A DNA stretch of 64,000 nt, taken from positions 205,592,001 to 205,656,000 of the forward strand of contig OZ024742.1 of assembly GCA_964016885.1 (NCBI GenBank), given 5' to 3'. Shown in pieces: positions 54,049 through 64,000 of the stretch. The stretch's first letter is position 1; every line of letters starts with the position of its first letter. A program made the translations under genes and the position numbers. The notes beneath the pieces were generated by a model, which searched no databases, had not been told where the DNA came from, and saw only the letters and a program-made list of their open reading frames with translations. This DNA is from Eledone cirrhosa (Eukaryota).

Positions 54049-54202
54049 TTCATTATTTAACGATCGTTTCTAGGATATATATGTGTTAGAATTGGCATGC
54101 ATATTCAACAGATCTATGTATAAAATTATACAAAATTATACAAACTATCAAGATTAAATATACATACCAACACATATATACGCCGTCTTCAGAAATAATG
54201 AA
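54049..54202 (-). ncRNA. Hammerhead ribozyme with long stem II insertion
   Basis: Minus strand: TTCATTATTT CTGAAGA CGGCG TATATATGTGTT [about 80 nt] AACACATATATA TCCTA GAAAC GATC GTT AAATAATGAA. Confidence 0.75.
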
Positions 54203-54796
54203 ATATATTTATTGATAATAACAACAATTCAAAATTTCAGGTCCGTTTGGGAACAAAATTGACCAATGAAAATACAAAAGGTTTTATGCAGTTCGGTGTG
54301 TGTATATACATGTAACTACCCCGTACTCATATTTATACAAAAATGTATGCTCAACATGCATACGCTTGCCAAAAAGATGCATGCAAATACAAAATTTCAA
54401 GGTTAATGTCTCTGTAAGTTTATAATGCACAGATAAGATGCGAATAGACACATAAATATGAAATAAGTGTATACACATATTCTCATACTCACACATATCC
54501 GTACAATCACACACACGCGCGCGTATATGCATAAACATACACATAATTACGAACATACACACACACACATACCCCCACACACATATATATATATGTGGAT
54601 ATAATATTATCATAAGCACATGGATATTAATTCACTCACATAAACACTGCCACACACATTTAGATCAAGATACAGAAATTAGGTGGGAGGGGGGGAGAGG
54701 TCAGTATTCAACGGTTTGGGCAGACTGCTTATTTATAGATGTATCTATAAACTAATACGGATTGGACACTACCGTAAACTCTTGGTAGATTTATCT

Positions 54797-55107
54797 ACAT
54801 ATGTATATATATATATGTGTATATATATATATGTATATATATATATGTGTATATATATATGTGTATATATATATGTGTATATATATATATGTATATATAT
54901 ATATGTATATATATATATGTGTATATATATATGTATATATATGTATATATATATATGTGTATATATATATATGTATATATATATATGTGTATATATATAT
55001 ATGTATATATATATATGTGTATATATATATATATGTATATATATATATGTGTATATATATATATATGTATATATATATATGTGTATATGTATATACATAT
55101 ATATATG

Positions 55108-55138
<31 letters not shown>

Positions 55139-55473
55139 GTATATATATGTATATACATATATATATGTATATATATATATGTATATATATATATGTATAT
55201 ATATATATATGTGTATATATATATATATGTATATATATATGTATATGTATATACATATATGTATATACATATATATACATATATATACATATATGTATAT
55301 ACATATATATACATATATATATATACAGATATATATATATACATATACATATGTATATATATATGTATATATATATATGTGTATATATATATATATGTAT
55401 ATATATATGTATATGTATATACATATATATACATATATATATATACATATACATATATATACATATACATATG

Positions 55474-55506
<33 letters not shown>

Positions 55507-55627
55507 GTGTATATATATATATATGTATATATATATGTATATGTATATACATATATATACATATATATATATACATATACATATATATACATATACGTAT
55601 ATATATATATGTATATGTATATATATG

Positions 55628-55672
<45 letters not shown>

Positions 55673-56052
55673 GTATATATATATGTATATACATATATAT
55701 ACACATATATATATACATATATATATATACATATACATATATACATATATGTATATATATATGTATATATATATATGTGTATATATATATGTGTATATAT
55801 GTATATATATATATGTGTATATATATATGTGTATATATATATGTGTATATATGTATATATATATATGTGTATATATGTATATATATATATGTGTATATAT
55901 ATATGTGTATATATATATGTGTATATATGTAGATATATATGTATATATATACGTATATATATATGTGTATATATATATGTATATATATATATATGTGTAT
56001 ATATATATGTATATATATATATGTATATATATATATGTATATATATATATGT

Positions 56053-56083
<31 letters not shown>

Positions 56084-56372
56084 AATATATATATATATGT
56101 ATATATATGTATATGTATATGTATATATATATATATGTATGTATATATATATATATGTATATATATGTATATATATGTATATATATGTATATATATGTAT
56201 GTATATGTATATATGTATGTATATATGTATGTATATGTATATATATATATATATGTGTATATATATATGTATGTATATGTATATATATATATGTATATAT
56301 ATGTGTATATGTATATATATGTATATATATATATGTATATATATATATGTATATATATATATGTATATATAT
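54797..56372. repeat. Interrupted (AT)n array
   Basis: (AT)n with GT and AC interruptions. Confidence 0.95.
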
Positions 56373-56926
56373 CATGGTCGGGTCGTTGGCGACTAAACTG
56401 GCAACCCCACCAAGGTTTCTTGGTGAGGAGGGTGACTTTGGACATCCTGCAGGACTAAAAACAAAACCTGTCAAAGGGCAAGGAGCTCTTAAGAGTCAAT
56501 GGCCATCCAAAATCACTGGGAGAGATGACCCCTTAGCCTTTGTCAAGGTAGAATTCTAGGGGAAGGAAAACTCTGATATAACACCTGCAACCCTGATGGT
56601 ATCCAATGATGTTGACTTGTTCTTCTTTTTGGTAAATATCCTCTTGGTTAAGAGAGTGGGACTGGCTTTGTGCAGTGCCTTTGCTCACTATAAATGCTTC
56701 ACGGCACAGGCATTGCTTTGTATCTGGAGATCTCTCTGCACTTGTCGTCACATGGTACCAAAGGTAAAGCACTATGTGTCTATAATTGTCACAAGTGTAG
56801 TGTTTGTACCAGAGTTTTCAAGTCGCTGGCTGGACTAAAGAGTCACACTCGTTCAGCGCATCGGTAGGGGTTCTCCTACATGGATATAAAGTAGTGGCCG
56901 TACTCGAAAACGAGTTGGCAGCCACC
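56373..56926 (+). mobile_element. Internally deleted (bipartite) RTE-type non-autonomous element
   Basis: A UTR-like 5' part, then a C2H2 finger CSVCTRVFKSLAGLKSHTRSAH followed by R and a stop, a terminal hairpin GTGGCCGTACTCGAAAACGAGTTGGCAGCCAC, and (AT)n. Confidence 0.6.
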
Positions 56927-56960
56927 ATATATATGTATATATGTATGTATTTATATATAT

Positions 56961-57602
56961 ATCATCATCATCATCAGGTTTAGCGTCCGTGTTCCACGCT
57001 TGCATGGGTTTGGACGGGGGTTTTCCCACTTGAGGCAAGAGTGGTTGTCTTGCTCGCATAGGACTGTCTGGCGGGTTTTCTACAGTTGGATGCCCTTCCT
57101 AACACCAACCACATTTACAGTGTGGGGCTGGGAGGTTTTTACCGTGTTGCCTACACGGCCACATTTACAGCGTGGACTGTGTGTTTTTTGTCGTGACACC
57201 TACACGATCTCATTTGTTTCGGCCTGGATGTTGTGGGACCAACATAACTTTACATTGAAAGGGGCGGTGTGGGTGGGGTGGAGGTGGTGGGACGGGGGTG
57301 TGTTTTGATAGAGGTGCCTACTGACTGTAGTAGGTTTTTACTTTGTATTTAGGTAAGGCGGGTCTTCTCTATTACTGAGTACCGCCAAAGGTCTCGGTCC
57401 AGTGACATTGTCTTGGAGAGGTGTAAGCGTGTGAGGTCGGAATTTATCAGCTCGTCCCATGTTTTTCTGGGTCTGCCTACTCCGTGGCTACCGTCTATCT
57501 TTATTGCTCTGCACTTTGTTATACAGCTGTCGTCTTTCATGCGCATCACGTGACCGTACCAACGTAGCCTTCTCTCGAGTAAACAACATCTGATCCCTCT
57601 TA
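56961..57602 (-). mobile_element. RTE LINE 3' fragment
   Basis: Nearly identical to 59413-60165, lacking the 112-bp duplication. Confidence 0.93.
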
Positions 57603-57634
57603 TGTGTATGTATATATGTATGTATGTATATATG

Positions 57635-57675
<41 letters not shown>

Positions 57676-57696
57676 GCATGTATATATCTATGTGTA

Positions 57697-57727
<31 letters not shown>

Positions 57728-57766
57728 ATATATATATGTATGTATATATATATATGTATATATATA

Positions 57767-58318
57767 TAAAAACAAATAACGAAACGAAATTAAATTTCGT
57801 TTCGTTTGTAACTCACTTTTGTATGACTGACGCTTAAACAATTAAGTTAAAGATGTACATCCATATATGTATACTGAAATACTAGTATGTATATGAATAC
57901 ACACACGTATACATATGTAGATGTACCAAGTTTTTTCACTGGTCACTTTACTGTGAGTGGCCAGCTATTCTGTATGTAAACACACAGACAAACCGGTTTT
58001 TAGAGTCATACTGGTTTTTGAGGAAACACCTTTCCTCTATTCTCCAGAAAGCCAGACAAGGAATATTGAACTAGTTTCGTTGTTGTTACAACTCATCAGC
58101 AATATTTACCTATCTTCCGGCCTTTCTAGAGAATCGTAAAAGCACATATCGTTACATGCTTTTTCTATGAAAATTAGTAGTGGGCAGACCAATTTGCATA
58201 GAGTGTGAGTAAGTACCGGTTCAACGGAGACGATAAAAACAAATAACGAAACGAAATTAAATTTCGTTTCGTTTGTAACTCACTTTTGTATGACTGACGC
58301 TTAAACAATTAAGTTAAA
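57767..58318 (-). mobile_element. Retrozyme/PLE-pLTR-like unit with 85-bp terminal direct repeats
   Basis: 57767-57851 equals 58234-58318 (period 467); contains a hammerhead, has no credible ORF, and is flanked by (AT)n. Confidence 0.75.
58039..58134 (-). ncRNA. Canonical type I hammerhead with extended stem I
   Basis: Minus strand: AATATTG CTGATGA GTTGT AACA ACAAC GAAAC TA GTT CAATATT (58062-58106), plus an outer helix 58039-58053 / 58119-58134. Confidence 0.9.
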
Positions 58319-58430
58319 TATATATATGTATGTATATATATATATGTATGTATATATATATATGTATATATATATATGTATATATGTATGTATATATATA
58401 TATGTATGTATATATATATATGTGTATGTA

Positions 58431-58846
58431 TGTTTTCTCTTTCTCTTAATTTCGAGTATATTTTTTTGACCGGCCACCTTCCTGGTGGCAAGGTTGTAAA
58501 AGAAAAGAAATTGTCATCCCTTGAATCGCAAGAATGTTTTGCAAATTTTGAAGGTGCCAGCTATCGCAGCCATTTGTAGACTATGAATTAGGGAGCTGCG
58601 CTTTTTGTCCACAAATCTAAGTTCAGTCATACTTTGGTCCAAGCGGGTTGGTATATAACACGTAGCACCAATAATGATGGGTATGAAGCTAAAGGTGTAT
58701 CTTGGATACTGGATTTGTAAACTCCTCATCAATGGTCCGTAGATGTCCTCCTTCTGTATTTTTCTGACAACGTTTACATCAAGTGGGCAGCTGATCTCCA
58801 CAACAGAACACGTTTTCAATGTGTGGTCCCAAACAACAATATCAGG
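58431..58846 (-). pseudogene. 3' end of an R4/Dong-like LINE with restriction-like endonuclease
   Basis: PDIVVWD...VEISCPLD.NV..K...Y..L...PIIIGA...KICKTFL is a PD-(D/E)xK RLE domain; short 3' UTR. Confidence 0.8.
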
Positions 58847-59321
58847 ACTAAAAACAAAACCTGTCAAAGGGCAAAGGAGCTCTTAAGAGTCAATGGCCAT
58901 CCAAAATCACCGGGAGAGATGACCCCTTAGCCTTTGTCAAGGCAGAATTCTAGGAGAAGGAAAACTCTGATATAACACCTGCAACCCTGATAGTATCCAA
59001 TGATGTTGACTTGTTCTTCTTTTTGGTAAATATCATCTTTGTTAAGAGAGTGGGACTGGCTTTGTGCAGTGCCTTTGCTCACTATAAAAGCTTCACGGCA
59101 CAGGCATTGCTTTATATCTGGAGATCTCTCTGCACTTGTCGTCACATGGTACCATGGGTCCAGCACTATGTGTCAATAATTGTCACAAGTGTAGTGTTTG
59201 TACCATAGTTTTCAAGTCGCTGGCTGGACAAAAAAGTCACACTCGTTCAGTGCATCGGTAGGGGTTCTCCTACATGGATATAAAGTAGTGGCCGTACTCG
59301 AAAACGAGTTGGCAGCCACCA
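58843..59321 (+). mobile_element. Second copy of the bipartite RTE-type element (5'-clipped)
   Basis: About 96% identical by eye to 56449-56926. Confidence 0.7.
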
Positions 59322-59412
59322 TATATATATGTATATATATATATGTATATATGTATATATATATATGTATATATATATATGTATATATATATATGTATAT
59401 ATATATATGTAT

Positions 59413-62400
59413 ATCATCATCATCATCAGGTTTAGCGTCCGTGTTCCACGCTTGCATGGGTTTGGACGGGGGTTTTCCCACTTGAGGCAAGAGTGGTTGT
59501 CTTGCTCGCATAGGACTGTCTGGCGGGTTTTCTACAGTTGGATGCCCTTCCTAACACCAACCACATTTACAGTGTGGGGCTGGGAGGTTTTTACCGTGTT
59601 GCCTACACGGCCACATTACAGCGTGGACTGTCTGGCGGGTTTTCTACAGCTGGATGCCCTTCCTAACACCAACCACATTTACAGTGTGGGGCTGGGAGGT
59701 TTTTACCGTGTTGCCTACACGGCCACATTTACAGCGTGGACTGTGTGTTTTTTGTCGTGACACCTACACGATCTCATTTGTTTCGACCTGGATGTTGTGG
59801 GACCAACATAACTTTACATTGAAAGGGGCGGTGTGGGTGGGGTGGAGGTGGTGGGACGGGGGTGTGTTTTGATAGAGATGCCTACTGACTGTAGTAGGTT
59901 TTTACTTTGTATTTAGGTAAGGCGGGTCTTCTCTATTACTGAGTACCGCCAAAGGTCTCGGTCCAGTGACATTGTCTTGGAGAGGTGTAAGCGTGTGAGG
60001 TCGGAATTTATCAGCTCGTCCCATGTTTTTCTGGGTCTGCCTACTCCGTGGCTACCGTCTATCTTTATTGCCCTGCACTTTGTTATACAGCTGTCGTCTT
60101 TCATGCGCATCACGTGACCGTACCAACGTAGCCTTCTCTCGAGTAAACAACATCTGATCCCTCTTATTTCTAATTTTTTCCTTAGTTCGTTTATGCTTTG
60201 CCGTTCACGTATATTACTATTGCACATCCAGCGGAGCATGCAAGCTTCGTTCCTCTCTAGTCTGCGTATATCCTCTGCACACAATGCCCAGGTCTCACTG
60301 CCATGCAACATTGCTGTTCGTATGCAGGCATCGTATAACCTGCCTTTCATTTTTAGGGAGAACCCTCTAGCGGCTAATAGTGGTATAAGCTCTCTGAACT
60401 TTTTCCATCCAGTTCTGACTCTAGCTACTGTACTTTCAGAGCACCCTCCCCCACTGCTGATTTTGTCACCCAGATAACGGAAGCTGTCCACTATTTCTAT
60501 AGAACCCTCTGCGCAGTTGAAGGAGCTAGTAATTTGTGGGCACTTGCTGCTACTTATTGCACCAGAGCACCGGCCACATGTAAAATCTATGTTCTTAGTT
60601 AGCTTACCTGTGATCCCACTACATCTTTTATGCACCCATACTTTGCATTTGGGACATAAAATGGAGTTTCTACCTACGCCTTTCCTACACACTGAGCATG
60701 GCCATTTCCCCGATGGGACCGCCGCCTTATTTTCTTTCCTACAAACTAGAACTTTAGTCTTAGCCAGGTTAATTTTAAGGCCTTTTGATTCTAGGCCGTG
60801 CTTCCACGTTTGGAATTTCTTCTCTAGTTCGGTCATTGATTCAGCTATGAGCGTTAGATCATCTGCGTATAGGAGTTCCCATGGGCAGCCGGTCTTGAAC
60901 TCCTCTGTTATAGCCTGAAGGGCAATAATAAATAGTAGGGGGCTAAGTACAGAGCCCTGATGGACACCAACTTTTACGCTAAACTCTTCACTATATTCGT
61001 TGTTAATTCTAACCTTACTGACTGTTTCTTTATACATGGCTTGTATAGCTCTCACAAGCCATTCGTCAACACCTAGTTTTCTAAGAGACCACCAGATAAT
61101 GGAACGGGGGACTCTGTCGAAGGCTTTCTCCAAGTCGACAAAAGCTAAGTATAGGGGTTTACTTTTAGCTAGGTACTTCTCCTGTAGTTGTCGTACAATG
61201 AAAAGAGCGTCTGTGGTACTTTTGCCTGACACAAACCCGAACTGCATTTCATCTAGATCAATTCTCTCTCTGATTAGTTGCGCTATTACTTTTTCCGTGA
61301 CCTTCATGACCTGGTCGATTAATTTAATGCCTCTATAGTTACTCCTATCTAGGGCATCTCCTTTTCCCTTATAGCAGTTAACGATGATGCTGCTACGCCA
61401 TTCCTTCGGAACAACCCCATTCTGTACGACTTGGTTAACTATCCGGGTGACCATGGTGTGTCCCACCGAACCAGATGCCTTCAGCATCTCAGCAACTATT
61501 TCCGAAGGCCCAGCCGCCTTACCCGTCTTCATATCTTTGATTGCCTTACTTATTATACTACCTTCAACTAACACTGCTGGTCCCTCTATTGGATCGATCT
61601 GGGGGAGACTGTCTTTCTCCCATTTGTTCTCCTCATTTAGAAGCCTTTCGTAGTGACACTTCCAAGCTACCTTCTTATCAGCGTCGGTGATGGCAAGTAT
61701 GCCATCATCGTTAAGTACACACTTCTCCCCGACAATATCACGGTTTTCCTTGACACATTGCCTGGCAATCCTGAACACCTCACGTTTTTGGTCCTCACGT
61801 TGTAGAACATGCTTGAACTTTCTTTCCTCTGCTTCCCTTCTTGCGAAGTACACTTGTCTCCTAGCTTCCCTCCTGGCCACTTGATAGTCTTCTCTACTTC
61901 CCCCATCCCGCCATACTTTCCAAGCCTGCTTTTTGGCCTTAATTGACTCCTCCACCTTACTGTTCCACCACCATGTTACTCTCCTCCTACCTACAGGCCT
62001 GCTCCAGCCACAGACTTCGTCTGCCGCCGTCAGCAGGTTTGCTCTCAGGAATTCCCACTGTTCCTCTATATTATACGACTCTAATTGCTCTTCCTTACTG
62101 TCGAAAGCGTCAAGTAATTTTCTTTGAAATTTATTTCTGGCTATGGGGTCCTTTAGCTTCCATATTTTTCTCCTGAGGATAGTCCTCTTCCGCTGTCTAG
62201 TACGTCTCGTCCTGACTATGAGGTCGCTAATTATCAGTCTATGTTGGGAGGTGAATTCTTCATGGGGGTGGGATTTAGTGTTAACAACAGACACTCTGTC
62301 ACGTCTTCTGGTAAGGATATAATCTACCTGGCTTGTGTGTTCCCCCGATCTATAGGTGATCAAGTGATTGTCTCGTTTTTTGAAGTTAGTGTTACAGATA

Positions 62401-63230
62401 GTTAAGTTATTTGCGTCGCAGAATTCCAGGATTCTGGAGCCTTCCTCATTTCTAGTACCGAACCCATAGCCTCCATGGATTCCGTCATAGCCGTCACAAT
62501 GTTGTCCAACGTGACCATTTAGGTCCCCTGCAATAACTATATAGTCACTGTCAGTTATTTGGGAGGTAGCGAGCATCAGTGTCTCGTAGAATCTGTCTTT
62601 TATAGCGCGGGGCAGTCCGGATTGGGGTGCGTACGCAGATATTACTGTCACCTTAGTTTTATTGAGGACAAGTCTTATTTTAATTATTCTGTCGTTCACT
62701 CTATTTACGTCTATTATCTTATCTGCCCACTTTTCTGCTACCATGATTCCTACCCCACCCAACCCATTGTCATTTCCCACCCAGAAAAGCTTATAGCATC
62801 GTTCTTTACCCACGATGAATCTAGCCGACCCTCCCCTCCACCTGGTCTCTTGAATACAACAAACATCGACCTCCTTACGTTCAAGCATTTCTACAACCTC
62901 GTTATAGCGACCCTTTAAGGTGCCTACATTCATGGTACCAACTTTGAAGTTTTGGATTGCGTTTGGAGGGTGGGAGCGGGGGGGGGGGGTTATGTTAGCC
63001 ATCCTGGGCCGAAACAAGGAGGAGTGCTTGCATTCTCGTCCACGAGGTGAATTTGGCTTCATCTTTGGCATTGTCGCTGAGCGTCCACATTTTTCTCTCT
63101 TCAACTCTCCAGAATTCCGTAGTCCATCCATCATATCGAAAAGCAACCAGTTAAGCGATAGTATGGGCCTCTGACTTATGATTGGTCCACGTAATAATGG
63201 TGGTGCGTGGGGGCGGGAGGGAGGGATGAT
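59413..63230 (-). mobile_element. Near full-length RTE-clade LINE
   Basis: Intact ORF, 3' UTR with a 112-bp tandem duplication (59513 / 59625) and (TGA)n tail; the 5' boundary is approximate. Confidence 0.93.
59913..63146 (-). CDS. RTE ORF: AP endonuclease, reverse transcriptase and PHD-type finger (1077 aa; first ATG at 63134)
   Basis: GTMNV, IQETR, SAYAPQ, GDLNGH, QVDYIL; NYRGIKL, QFGF, DLEKAFD, QGSVLSP, YADD; C4HC3 motif; [14 protein letters not shown]. Confidence 0.95.
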   Translation of the reverse strand: MLFDMMDGLRNSGELKREKCGRSATMPKMKPNSPRGRECKHSSLFRPRMANITPPPRSHPPNAIQNFKVGTMNVGTLKGRYNEVVEMLERKEVDVCCIQETRWRGGSARFIVGKERCYKLFWVGNDNGLGGVGIMVAEKWADKIIDVNRVNDRIIKIRLVLNKTKVTVISAYAPQSGLPRAIKDRFYETLMLATSQITDSDYIVIAGDLNGHVGQHCDGYDGIHGGYGFGTRNEEGSRILEFCDANNLTICNTNFKKRDNHLITYRSGEHTSQVDYILTRRRDRVSVVNTKSHPHEEFTSQHRLIISDLIVRTRRTRQRKRTILRRKIWKLKDPIARNKFQRKLLDAFDSKEEQLESYNIEEQWEFLRANLLTAADEVCGWSRPVGRRRVTWWWNSKVEESIKAKKQAWKVWRDGGSREDYQVARREARRQVYFARREAEERKFKHVLQREDQKREVFRIARQCVKENRDIVGEKCVLNDDGILAITDADKKVAWKCHYERLLNEENKWEKDSLPQIDPIEGPAVLVEGSIISKAIKDMKTGKAAGPSEIVAEMLKASGSVGHTMVTRIVNQVVQNGVVPKEWRSSIIVNCYKGKGDALDRSNYRGIKLIDQVMKVTEKVIAQLIRERIDLDEMQFGFVSGKSTTDALFIVRQLQEKYLAKSKPLYLAFVDLEKAFDRVPRSIIWWSLRKLGVDEWLVRAIQAMYKETVSKVRINNEYSEEFSVKVGVHQGSVLSPLLFIIALQAITEEFKTGCPWELLYADDLTLIAESMTELEKKFQTWKHGLESKGLKINLAKTKVLVCRKENKAAVPSGKWPCSVCRKGVGRNSILCPKCKVWVHKRCSGITGKLTKNIDFTCGRCSGAISSSKCPQITSSFNCAEGSIEIVDSFRYLGDKISSGGGCSESTVARVRTGWKKFRELIPLLAARGFSLKMKGRLYDACIRTAMLHGSETWALCAEDIRRLERNEACMLRWMCNSNIRERQSINELRKKLEIRGIRCCLLERRLRWYGHVMRMKDDSCITKCRAIKIDGSHGVGRPRKTWDELINSDLTRLHLSKTMSLDRDLWRYSVIEKTRLT

Positions 63231-63238
63231 GGGTTGTT

Positions 63239-64000
63239 AGCGAGAATGTAAGGTTTAAGATAAGATCGCCGTATTTTGGGCATGATTTAACAATAAACGA
63301 AAATACAAGATTTGTTTTGTTTAAGAAAATACGATAGAGAAAATGCGGTGATAGGGAAAATATGATTTTTAGAGAAAAGATATGATATAGAATGGTGAAA
63401 ATATGATATAGTGTGAAATTAGGACATAGAAGTGATTGAATGAATGGGTTCGAATGGAGAGAAGAATCGAGAAAAAATTGGGCATAATTTAACAAACGAA
63501 AATACAAGATTTGTTTTGTTTAAGAAAATACGATAGAGAAAATGCGGTGATAGGGAAAATATGATTTTTAGAGAAAAGATATGATATAGAATGGTGAAAA
63601 TATGATATAGTGTGAAATTAGGACATAGAAGTGATTGAATGAATGGGTTCGAATGGAGAGAAGAATCGAGAAAAACTTGAACGTTACTTTATACCGAAGG
63701 GAACAGCCATCCCAGAAAATAGCGAGTTGGCGATTTTGATTAATTTTGGTAGGGTTTTATCTTATATGTATAGAGAGGGAGGGGGGGCAGGAACCAGCAT
63801 GATGAATGGGTAGGGGGTAGAATATGGGATGGAGCAGAGGTTAAAAGTTTAAATAGGTACTCGAAGATTTGCGTAAAACTTAGCAAGTTTAACAAATTAT
63901 AGTTAAAGGAATATATAATAGTGATAGCGAGAATGTAAGGTTTAAGATAAGATCGCCGTATTTTGGGCATGATTTAACAATAAACGAAAATACAAGATTT
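63239..64000. repeat. Nested direct repeats (199-bp tandem and 687-bp recurrence)
   Basis: About 63290-63478 recurs at 63489-63677; 63239-63313 recurs at 63926-64000. Confidence 0.8.

Noticed and set aside
56845-56926. Possible HDV-like ribozyme on the minus strand (GTGGCTG/CGGCCAC and ACTCGTT/AACGAGT pairings)
   Set aside because: There is no room for P3/L3 and no P1.1; it is better explained as the plus-strand 3' hairpin of an RTE-type element.
60193-63174. Plus-strand ORFs overlapping the RTE
   Set aside because: They are antisense shadows of the LINE ORF with no recognisable motifs.

Overview
AT-rich, repeat-dominated eukaryotic (animal) DNA. The SINE/LINE repertoire and very long (AT)n arrays suggest a coleoid cephalopod such as octopus; this is an inference. 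No host protein-coding gene can be supported, and the many IY/MY/HI ORFs are microsatellite artefacts. Coding content is all retroelement: one intact 1077-aa RTE-clade LINE (APE-RT with an internal PHD-type finger), several truncated RTE, CR1-group and R4-like (RLE) fragments, and Penelope-like elements (PLEs). There are also tRNA-derived SINEs, mariner- and hAT-type MITEs, a non-autonomous Helitron, a foldback element and a 200-N gap. The most notable system is a family of (AT)n-associated PLE insertions with a stereotyped fold-back architecture. A 3.3-kb near-perfect palindrome (41237-44542) folds back exactly at the RT YIDD codons. Three smaller relatives (5714-6092, 23011-23217, 50750-51233) share its end 25 nt after a conserved ATG, two of them also carry a 'tail' on one arm only, and most carry a variant hammerhead ribozyme. 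About nine hammerhead-like motifs of varying integrity were read by eye, including a retrozyme-like unit at 57767-58318.
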